DNA from: Schizochytrium sp. TIO01
Lineage: Eukaryota; Protista; Bigyra: Labyrinthulomycetes
Direction of reading: 5' to 3'
Assembly (NCBI GenBank): GCA_004764695.1
Contig: SMSO01000032.1
Span: forward strand, 6,356,483 to 6,420,482
DNA length: 64,000 nt
Position numbers and translations under genes: made by a program
Shown: piece by piece, positions 11,897-22,100 of the stretch
Numbering within the stretch: the stretch's first letter is position 1
Layout: each line of letters starts with the position of its first letter
The notes under the pieces: generated by a model
Databases searched by the model: none
Told to the model about the DNA's origin: nothing
The model's input: the letters and a program-made list of their open reading frames with translations, nothing else

Positions 11897-14607
11897 CGCG
11901 AGCTAATGCTGCAGGAGTCAATTAAGACACACGAAAGAAGCAGTTGCTCCGATACGATGGGTCGTCCACACGGACTTCAAGATCTGCTTGTTGCCTGTTT
12001 GTTTGTTTGTTTGTTTGTTTGTATATTCACGGAGTTATGAACGATTAGTCAATCACTCATTGAGGTTTCCTCTATTAGTCCTTTTAGGTAACCTATAGTA
12101 GGTATCTATTACAGTAATAGGAGTTGGTAAAATCAATGAATAATATTCCCATGGCAATTGCAGCAGATCATGCGAACAAACTAGAACTTCATATTGCGGA
12201 TAATGACTGTGTTTGAAGACGCTATCTAGGATCCCTTGGGACCCACATATGACGAGACCCTTTTATATTTTCTTACAGTTCATGAGAGAGTAATAAACTT
12301 CACACAAGAAAAGGTCCGTACCTCGGAGCGATTGCCCAACGTGGTCTAATTCGAGCTCTTGAAGTCTAAAGCTCTCCTGCCTCGCATGTCGCGCTCAGAT
12401 CACAAAGGGGAGATCCTCTTATAGATTAATCACCACTTGGCCTTATCGTTGTTCCTCTCGCAAGTAGAGATAGCAGTCGTATGCAGCAATTGGAATGTCG
12501 CCTGCCCTCTTGGAATTTGGTGTACTGCCATAATCAGGACAATCACTGACTTTATTCTGCACAAATCCGTAGCTAACTCAGAATGAGAACGGTTCTAAGG
12601 GGCAGCTCGAAAAGTATTTAGGTAGCTAGCCAGCCTCTTTGCTTCTTTGGAGGCTGGATATGACGGGTCAATTGGCTGCAGTTTTGCTCTACAGAAGATT
12701 CAACGTTGAGTTAAGAGCTAGCTGGCGGTTGAGGGATAGAAGGATCAGTTAACTAGGACTACCTAACTTCAATTTAGTTTCACTGTTTGATTAGTATTGC
12801 GTCATAACTTTTGTGATGATCTTGTGCCATTTCTCATGATTACATATTTGGAAATGCTTAGCGGGATTTCTGCGGCTGGCCCATGGCGAATTAGGAACGG
12901 GCATTCCCCACGGTTCTAAAGAAAAACACGAAGCGCTCTAGCATTTCCTCTTTTGCGAGTTAACTAGTAATAACTGAGAAGTATAACTTTGTATAAGCTT
13001 GTTTTGGCTGCGAGGCAATGCGTCGGCCTTTCGAACAGAGCGAAGAAAATGCCACCCTCACCTTACCTCAATCAATATATTGCTCTTTTATCGAACTATG
13101 GAATATAATACTGTGGTACAAACTCTGATGTCCTCTTTCTTGAGCAAGGCGCTTTTCACCAATTGACTGTTTTGACTGTTCAGCAGCTTGATTAGCTTCA
13201 TGCCATTACTTAGACAAATATAATGATACGAAGAAAGACTATGAGATGACCAAAGCTCCTACATTGGAAGCGCTATTGCTTGTTGAGTTCAGTTGGTTCT
13301 GCGATTTATCCTGTCACGCTATGATGACACAACTCGTGGATTCCTGAAGCATTCTTTTAACTTATTCACATATGAAGCATGCAACATACAATCTACTTTG
13401 CAAAACCCAGCACAGTCGAAGCAGGCAGCGTTGTGAAAATTACTTAGAATATCAAACAGACTTTCATCCCCAGATGTTATATAAATTCATTCGCAAATTG
13501 AGCGAAGATCTTTTTCCAGGGAAGCGGTCACCTAGCTCTGTCAGATGAATGTAACATGTTGGGAAGCTCACATGTGACCACTCAACATGGATTCTTTTTT
13601 AGCGAGCTTCAGGTCAATCACAACACAACTCGACGTAATTTACCCTCTATAACCTTTTTATGTTACCCTGGTATAGTACTTCCTAGAGCATTATCTACAT
13701 GCATCGTGGTAATCTCTATTTTTTGGCAACACCGTGAGATACTAGGTTACTAGGTCAAGACTGATTGCCCACCACGGACGAGTTCATTTTGATGAGCACC
13801 ATTCCAACTGACTCCCAAGAAACCAAAGCAACAAATTACCAAACTCGTCTAGCTAGTAAAGAATAATATAGCTAGGTAAATCTAGAACTTCATTAAAAAA
13901 GGTCCAAAACTTTGACCGCTTCATAGAAAGAACTAGGCGATGTTACTGAAGAAAACAAAGAAAACATAAAAATAAAATAAAAACGTTGTATTCATTGCTC
14001 CTTAGCGCTGTGTCCATTGGAGTTGAAACTTGGGAACTAGGGCGCTTCGTCGCAGGTGCCTTGTTTCTTGCTGCTGCTGTATTTTGCGTTTCTTGCCCAT
14101 GTGTTTGCGTTCGTAGTACCTGCGAGAAGCTGTTGCTCTCAGAACAAACGAAAGAAATGAATGCTCGCCGTTATTCCGTCTCTTTCTCTATGTCTTAGCT
14201 GTCGATAAGTATACTATAATCTTGGTATTTTTTCTTGTCTTGTCCATCATAATTCTCAGCAGCCAAAACAAAGGTGGGGTACGTACTGGTCTCTCTGCTA
14301 TTTCTTGGCGTTGCGTGTTTATTCATCGAATGCAACGCACTCTTCAAATTGACAATGGGCACGATAGATTATGGTATCCTCTGCAAACGAAGTGAAGAAC
14401 GCTGGCAAGTTATACTACAATGGGTATCTAAGAATAATGAGAGAAGAGGATCATAATAATTCATAATAATAAACAGAAAGAAAGAAGACAAGAAATTAAA
14501 AATACGAAAAGGCCTTCTTTCTTTTGAAGAGCAATTCACAACGGGCGTTGTCGCCGTCGTAGTCTTCGGCGTCTTCGGCATCCCCCTTTGCAGGCCTTGA
14601 ATGCGCG

Positions 14608-17600
14608 ATGGCGGCGGCCGGTTTCGCGGCATCTGTCTCTTCCCCCGCGCTCGCTGCTGCCTCTCTCGCTGAGGAGTCCTTGCGTCGTCTCGAAGATGAA
14701 CTTCGCAGCGCCGATCGCGACCTCCGCACTGCGCAGCGTGGCATCCCTCGTGGCTCCACTGCCGACTCTGTGCGTCGTCAGATGGCATCTCTCGAGTCTC
14801 AACGCGAGCGCAGCGCTCATATGACTCTCTCGGAGGAGAAGGCCTTGCTGAAGGATCTTACGCGTCTTCGTGGCGTGATGCGCTCTCTCGAAAACATTTC
14901 CGCCATTCAGAACCGCATTCGCGATCTCAACGCCGCCAAGGCAAAAGCGGCTCAGGCCAAGGTCGAATCTGACGCCGGAGTCCGTGAAGCGGAGCTGGTA
15001 GCCCGCAAGCTCGAGCTCTGTCGCCGTATCTCCGTCGCCAAGGGTGGTATCGTTGTGAGCGTGGACCAGCTCTCTGAAAAGGCTGTCAAAGTGCCCAAAG
15101 ATCGTATTGGCCACTTTGTTGGCAAGAGTGGCACTCGCCTCACACGCATGGAAGAGGACCTCTTCGTCGCCATCAAGGTCCACGCAGACGGTCTCGTGCA
15201 AATCGTCGGCGTCAAGGAGGACGTTGACGCTGCAGCTCAAGCCGTCGCAAGCTTTTGCAATGAAAAGACTGAGCAGATACCACTCTCGGAAGCAGATATA
15301 CACGTGTTGCGCATGGATAAAAATGATCACCTTCATACGATCGAGAATCTTCTAAACGTAAGCGTGACGCTAGCAGGAACCTCAATGTGGGCGCGTGGCC
15401 AGCCTGAGAACTTGGAACGGCTCAAGCAGGCTATTAAGGACCTTGGAGCTAGGACAGAAGAGGTCCAGGTGGTACCGAACGGAGCATTCTTGAGGATGTT
15501 GCTAATGCAAGGAGGAGCCGAAATTCAGGCAGTAGAGAAGGAGTTCAATGTAACGCTGGATCTCGACCGCATAGCAGGACGCATCAAGGTACTGGGAAGG
15601 ATGAAGGAGGTTGAAGACGCAGTAAAGAAATTGAATGAAATGGCAGAGGAAAATGAGGAAAAGACGAAGGAAATCGAATTAAAGTCACAGGAGCAAGCAG
15701 CGGCTATTATTGGCAAAAAGGGAGCAACTGTGAGAGAAATCCAACAGGCAACCGGAGTGCATATTACGGTCATTAAACCTTCGGACGAGACGCAGGAAGT
15801 ACCCCGCGTGGTCATTCGAGGAATTCCTGCAAAACTAGGCATTGCGGAAGCTGCGGTGCAGGAGATTTTGGAGAAGCATGCAAAGGAAAATGCTGTGGTG
15901 GAGTTTCCTGAAGATTTCCACAGCGTTCTCTTTGGATCCGGCACAGGACCATCTCGCATCAAGGAGATCCAAGATGCATCCGGTGGCGCTATCGTCGTGG
16001 CACACCGTCGTGATGCATCCTCGGCACCTTCACCCTCAACTTCTACCTCTGACACTATTAGCATTTATATCCGCGGACCCGAGGATGCAGTGGCTAATGC
16101 GACGCAGGCCACGCGCGATCTTGTCGCTTCCCTGGAAAAGCTCGAGATTAACGTTCCCGAAGAGGTCCGTCCAGCGGTGATTGGGCCCAAGGGCAGCATT
16201 ATCTCTAAACTCCAGAGCGAAACAAAGACAAGCATCTCCCTTAGCGATGGCCGCGCTGTGATTCGCGGTTGTAGCGAGGATGTCAGCAAAGCTCAGGCCA
16301 CGATCCAGGAGATCATCCAAAGACACGAGCGCGAAAACGTCTCTCTCCTTGTGCTAGCCTCCGCAACAGGCAACCTTATCGGTAAGGGTGGCTCAAATTT
16401 GCGCAAGTTGCGGGAGGAAACGGGCGCACAAATTGACGTGCAGATGGATCGGCGCAACCGTGGCGGGAACAACAACAGCAATGAGGAGGACGAGGACGAG
16501 GGTAATGACAACAACAGTGCCAGCATTAACGGGGCAAGCCAAGACAGCAGCAGTAAGCCAAGGAGACAGCAGCAGCTATCCCCGCCAGCTTCTGATAAGT
16601 ATGGCAATATCACTAGTGTCAGTACAATCCGAATTCGCGCTGAAGACCCCGAAAAGTTGCAGGCAGCAGTGTCGGCAGTTAAAGGTCTTCTCAAGGATTC
16701 GCTAGTATCAGAGGCTGAACGGAACGCCTTTCGTGAGGCATTGCTGCCTGTTCCATCACCCGAAGCAGTTCGCAGGCTCGTTGGTCGTAACGGTGAGACT
16801 ATTCGCAAGCTCGAAGAAGATCATGGGGTTCAGATCGATGTCTTGCGCAGCTCACAGGAAGTTCGAGTTCGTGGCAAGGCTGGACAACAGATGCTTGACG
16901 CACTCAACAACATCCGAGCACTCCTGGAAGAGGGTGTCCATGTGAAAGAGAAGCTTGTCAATGTTCACAAGCGCGTAGTCGCGGCACTTTCCGATGCTGC
17001 AACTGTGCGCCGTCTTCAGGATGAAACCGGCGCGCAAGTGCGTCTTGAGGAAGAAACACCTGTTTCGGAAGACTCATTCTCATATCTTAAACCAAAAGAA
17101 GACTCCAAACCAGTTCAGGTTGTCTTAATGGATGGGCCAGGCCCCAACGTGCAATCACTCAAGCAAGCTCTTGCTGAGATTGCCTTGGGTATTGAGCACG
17201 AGCTCCTTCGTATTCCTGAGAGCCATATTAACTTTCTTGCTCAGAGCTCCACGAAGCCAAACCTGGAGCGGCTTGAAGAACAGCACAGTGTGAAACTCGA
17301 GGTGAATGAAACTCGCAACCAAGTGCGCCTTGCTGGTAAGCCTAACAAGCTTGTAGCAGGTAAAACTGCGCTTTTCGCACTTCTTCGTTTTTCCTTTCCT
17401 AACCAGACTCTGCGCATCGCTCTTGATACACCAACTATAATCGCCCATATTATTGGTAAAAAGGGAGCAACTATTAAAAAGATCCAAGAGGACTTCCCAG
17501 ATGTTCAAATGAGTGTGCATCGTGAAACATGTGGCGTCGACCTTATCGGTGAAGATGCAGACGCTGTAAAGGGTGCAGCACAAGCGATCGAAAATATTAT

Positions 17601-18813
17601 CGAGACCTGGCAAAAGCAGAACATTAGTGTTGCTGTTCCGGTAGAATGTATCCCATCAATCATTGGTAAGAAGGGAAGTACTATTCAGGAAATTAGGACG
17701 CAGAGTGGAGTGGAGCAAATTGATGTTGATCGCGATGCTAAATGCGTTCGTTTGCGTGGTCCCGAAGAGGCGTTAGATAAAGCAAAGGAGCTTGTACTTA
17801 CGCGAGTCGCACAATATGAACGTGAAAATAGTGTCATCATGATTGATCCTGCAGAGGTACCTTTTCTCATTGGGGCGAAGGGTGCTTCAATTCGTGCAAT
17901 CCAAGAGGAGTCAGGAGCTCGCATTGACGCTTCTCAATCAGCGCCTGGTACTGTACACCTGCATGGGCCCGAGGAGAGTATTGCAAAGGCACGCGAGCTT
18001 ATTCAAAAGAAACTCCAGGACGAACGTGACGCGCAAGCCCAGCGCCGGCAGGAGGAGCAGGATCGTCGTCAAAAGCAATATGAAGAGTCCCTCAAACGCC
18101 AGGACGAGGAACAGCGCCGTGTGGAAGAAGAGAAGGAGCTCAAGGACCAATATGCTCAAATGCAAAAGAAAATTGATCAGATGATTGGCATCTCACCATC
18201 CACAGCGAGAGACACGGTTGCAGCCCTGGAGTCGGTGGTTCCTCTTGGAACCCCAGTGGAAATGGACACAACTATGATGAACTTTTATAAGCGGCCCAAC
18301 CAAAAGTCAAAACAGCCAAAGCAAGAGCATGTAGTGACTCCCCCTCCCCAGGTCCAAGTCCAACAGCAACAACCACAACAACAGCAACAACAGCAACAGC
18401 TCCGAGAGGCCTCGCGGGTGTCTGGCTCACAAGTTATGAGCATGTTGCTAGGTGGTTCTGCGAATGAATCTACTCCTGCCGCAGCATTTGGATTTGACAT
18501 GAACCAATTTGCTGCCTCTCCACCCGCAACGCAATCTGCAGTGCAAGCTAATGTTTCTGATGCTTACTCGAATAGCTCTTCATCCAACAATACCTGGTCT
18601 TCTCTAGGCGCCCCTCCAGGCCTCCAAGCCAACAGCATCTGGTCTGCTGCCGCACCAACAGCAGCTCCACTGCCTCCAACATCAGCTGCGAGTTCGAACA
18701 GCCTTAATGGAGGACGTGCTCCACCCGGATTCGCAAACCCTGGACTCCCTAGCCTCGACCCTGACGACGAGTCTTTCTACAAGAGCAGTGACGGATTCAC
18801 TGTCCGTCTGTAA
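14608..18813 (+). CDS. Multi-KH-domain RNA-binding protein (vigilin/Scp160-like architecture), 1401 aa
   Basis: Repeated KH GxxG loops: VGKSG, IGKKG x3, IGPKG, IGKGG, VGRNG, IGAKG, plus degenerate KH units. N-terminal coiled coil and a Q/P/S-rich disordered tail. Confidence 0.9.
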   Translation: MAAAGFAASVSSPALAAASLAEESLRRLEDELRSADRDLRTAQRGIPRGSTADSVRRQMASLESQRERSAHMTLSEEKALLKDLTRLRGVMRSLENISAIQNRIRDLNAAKAKAAQAKVESDAGVREAELVARKLELCRRISVAKGGIVVSVDQLSEKAVKVPKDRIGHFVGKSGTRLTRMEEDLFVAIKVHADGLVQIVGVKEDVDAAAQAVASFCNEKTEQIPLSEADIHVLRMDKNDHLHTIENLLNVSVTLAGTSMWARGQPENLERLKQAIKDLGARTEEVQVVPNGAFLRMLLMQGGAEIQAVEKEFNVTLDLDRIAGRIKVLGRMKEVEDAVKKLNEMAEENEEKTKEIELKSQEQAAAIIGKKGATVREIQQATGVHITVIKPSDETQEVPRVVIRGIPAKLGIAEAAVQEILEKHAKENAVVEFPEDFHSVLFGSGTGPSRIKEIQDASGGAIVVAHRRDASSAPSPSTSTSDTISIYIRGPEDAVANATQATRDLVASLEKLEINVPEEVRPAVIGPKGSIISKLQSETKTSISLSDGRAVIRGCSEDVSKAQATIQEIIQRHERENVSLLVLASATGNLIGKGGSNLRKLREETGAQIDVQMDRRNRGGNNNSNEEDEDEGNDNNSASINGASQDSSSKPRRQQQLSPPASDKYGNITSVSTIRIRAEDPEKLQAAVSAVKGLLKDSLVSEAERNAFREALLPVPSPEAVRRLVGRNGETIRKLEEDHGVQIDVLRSSQEVRVRGKAGQQMLDALNNIRALLEEGVHVKEKLVNVHKRVVAALSDAATVRRLQDETGAQVRLEEETPVSEDSFSYLKPKEDSKPVQVVLMDGPGPNVQSLKQALAEIALGIEHELLRIPESHINFLAQSSTKPNLERLEEQHSVKLEVNETRNQVRLAGKPNKLVAGKTALFALLRFSFPNQTLRIALDTPTIIAHIIGKKGATIKKIQEDFPDVQMSVHRETCGVDLIGEDADAVKGAAQAIENIIETWQKQNISVAVPVECIPSIIGKKGSTIQEIRTQSGVEQIDVDRDAKCVRLRGPEEALDKAKELVLTRVAQYERENSVIMIDPAEVPFLIGAKGASIRAIQEESGARIDASQSAPGTVHLHGPEESIAKARELIQKKLQDERDAQAQRRQEEQDRRQKQYEESLKRQDEEQRRVEEEKELKDQYAQMQKKIDQMIGISPSTARDTVAALESVVPLGTPVEMDTTMMNFYKRPNQKSKQPKQEHVVTPPPQVQVQQQQPQQQQQQQQLREASRVSGSQVMSMLLGGSANESTPAAAFGFDMNQFAASPPATQSAVQANVSDAYSNSSSSNNTWSSLGAPPGLQANSIWSAAAPTAAPLPPTSAASSNSLNGGRAPPGFANPGLPSLDPDDESFYKSSDGFTVRL

Positions 18814-19160
18814 CCAAATGGTGAAGGATTTTTCTCATGAAAAATTGAAGAGAAGGTCCTGGTACTCTATTTTAAGAATTACAAGAAGCTGGTTTTATCA
18901 AAGATGGAAATAGGCTCTGAAGCGCGTAGATTTAATTTCGAGGAGTTTATTTTCTCCTGCGGCTAGAGAGTCCTGTATTGGTAAACTGTGACTGATTACA
19001 CAATCCCGTTTGCCTCCGAAACATAGAAAATGTAAGCCAGCAGAAAGAAAAGAAATAGAAAACAGGAACCATTTGCAAGACCTAATTGGATTTTACCAGC
19101 AGGACAACGAAAATAATAATTATCACTTTTTAAAAATTGAAAGAAAATAGGTAGTTTTAG

Positions 19161-22100
19161 TTACTTTGCAAACAAAAGCCGTTCAAGAATGCCGCGCCTT
19201 GAAGACGACGAGCGAATAGTTTCACAGCGCACCGTATAGGATAAAAGATTAGCATAAAGGTCGGCAAATGCGCGCTGCACCTCTGCAACTCGGAAGCATG
19301 TACGGCCAACATTGTTACCTGTCTGCACTGGGTCGTCAACAACAAGCATTGCAATATAATCGCCAGCAGCATGGGGCGATGATGCTGCGTGAAAGCGAGG
19401 CCCAATGCAAGTAGTGTAACTATCTTTGTTGGCCATAGAAACGACTGTAAGTACAGCTTCTTGGGATGGAACAAAATCCCGACCATAAAATTGGAGGAAG
19501 TCCATAAATAGCAAACCAAGACTCAATTGATGAGAAGGATGCATGTATTCTGCTGGAGGTGGTGGTTTTGCCTGTGTCTGTGTTTGTGTTTGTGCTGCAC
19601 TTGCGGAGCTCATACCAATAGCAGACGAAAAATGCACGGTGTTATCTTCTGAGGAGCCATCACGAGAGCTTACATCATCAGAGCGACGGTGTGGACGACG
19701 CAAGCGACGATCAACAGATCGGTTAAGTGAAGCCACAGTCATGAGTACCAACGCGTAAGATGACAGACCTCCAGAGAAAGGATCATGTAAACCCCTTCCT
19801 ACAAGGAATCGTTTCAATGTAAGAACAAGAGGTCGTAGCTGCTCATGCGTCTTTACCAAAGATCGTAAGAACTCTGCCGCTCGCTGACCTGCGTGCGAAG
19901 GTAAAGCAATTGTCAAGTCGACATTAACACAGCGACCTAGCACATCTTCGTCAGTTTGGAGTTTGATCACGGGCATCTTGGCTCGATCGAGAATTTTAAT
20001 GTTTTTAACCCAGTCTTTGTGGCGGATGACACGTCCAAGAATATTACAAATACTTGCGCCGTTTACATCGAGCCGCCCTTGATTTGAAAATAGCACTAGA
20101 TCAACATCAGAAAGTTCAGGAACAGCTAGACCACTTGCGTACGAACCAAAAAGTTCTGCTCGAATACCTTGCCCGAAGCAAAGCGACGCCTCATGTTCTA
20201 TACGACTAATTATATCCATAATCATTTTTTCGTAATCAGGGTTTTCCTTGGCACATTTGTCTGCATACGCGGTAAGTTCAAAGCGAAGGTGGCGATGTAG
20301 GTTTCTCATTTGGCCATCCATGTGATCGTGGAGGGAGTGTGCATGTGGCGAGCCCAATGCATAAGCCTGTGACGAAAACGAAGAAGAAAGGGTACGATGA
20401 GAGAGAGCCCGCGGGGACTCAAGCGGTTCACCATCATCCAATTGATGGGATACATCGTTGCCCTCGTTATTATCTTCTTGGCACCCAAGACTACGGCTAC
20501 GGTAATGGCGACGCGAGGCCTGCATAGGAGATGATGATATGGCTGAAATAACAGATGACGAAGTGCCTGCTGTCTCAATAGACAACTCGGATGCTTGCGA
20601 GCCTACTCTACCACGTGTTAATGTCGCATCAAAGCTTCCGTGTGCACTGTTACGATGAATTCCACGGTTTGATCTTAAGCTTCCATTCGTACTCATGTCT
20701 GATCCGATTCCTGTTGTTGCAACAGTGCAATGGCCTGTAAAACTTCTTTGGCTTGAGCCTGAAGGAGCTCGCTCTCGACGCATCTTAAAGCTTCCGTAAC
20801 GACGTATGGGAGGTACTACATGAGCACTTTGGGCACGCGACCCCCTTGCCCCTCCGGTGGATTCCAGACCGACAGCTCGATGTACACCACTTGTGTTCTG
20901 CTCCTGGATAGCCTCCTCTAGCGAAGATACTCTATGACGTTGCTGGGTAAACCCTGTTGGAGATTCTTGCGAGTCGATATGATTGAGCATAGCTGGGCAT
21001 GAGCGAATCCTTCGCATGGGCAGAACAAATCCCTTTCGTCGCGCACTTCCCGAACCACCCCCACCCATGGCACGCTCCATGGCCCGAAGTTCAACTTTTT
21101 GTCGTAATGCTTCGATCTCGGCAGCCTTAAAAATCCACGTGAGGTTTTTGCTGTTAATGAGCTGGTCACGATGTTGACTTCTTTGGCCAGCATCAAAGCT
21201 TGAGCCTCGACGCAGGAAGTCTGCTGGGAATGCGGGATCGAGAGAGTTTAGACTGTGAGCCTGACGATGGATTGGTGGTAGATCATGGCGTGGCATGGAC
21301 CCTAGCATTGGCGAAAACAAGGCTGAAGAAGCTGATAATGAGGACCCATGATGTGAACCTGATTGGGGCAGAGGCGAGAGGGGCGGCGTCATTGGACTCG
21401 AAGGGGCGTAGCCAGTTGCTTCATCAAGAGCTACCAAGGCTGCACTCCCTTGCGTATTCACATATCCAGTTGAGCGGCGGCGTCGGCGAGGGTCCCTCAC
21501 TGGAGAGGTGCTCTCAATAGCAACACCATCATCACTAAGATTATCATGACCCGCTGCCAATTCTCGAGCATCTTGCTCCTCGTGCAAATTAGTAATCTCA
21601 TCGAGACTATACGAGCGCCTCTCGAAAAAGGGTGGTGCTGAAGAATGATCTAGAGCATTCGGACGGTAACCTCGCATGTCAAAGGAAGAACTTCGGCTTG
21701 ACTGAGTAGAGATTGGAGCATCGTAATCATCAAGCGATAAGAAATGATCATCAAATGAAGTCATTGCAGCTGATGACACTCTAGAGTCAACAAAGTCATG
21801 ACCCTCTGTGTCAATGAAATTCTCACCAGCTAAAGTAGAAGACATTGACAGTGATGATGTGGCTGATATTAAAGAGGCAGACGAAGACCCTGAATGAGCA
21901 CCAATATTTGGTGTACAGGTTGCACCGGCAAAACTTGAACTAAAATCTGTGGACGCCAAACGCCGAGCTCCAGATCTAGATACCACAGCATCAATGCTGG
22001 CCACCTCATCATCTGAGCTCTCATCACCCTCGCGTTCGAGATTAATGAGACGTGCTTCAATAAGTGCCCGAAGGAGTTGATTGAAGTGCTGAGAACGCAT

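Noticed and set aside
14536-15336. 266-aa minus-strand ORF and other nested ORFs
   Set aside because: Shadow of the GC-rich 5' part of the KH gene.
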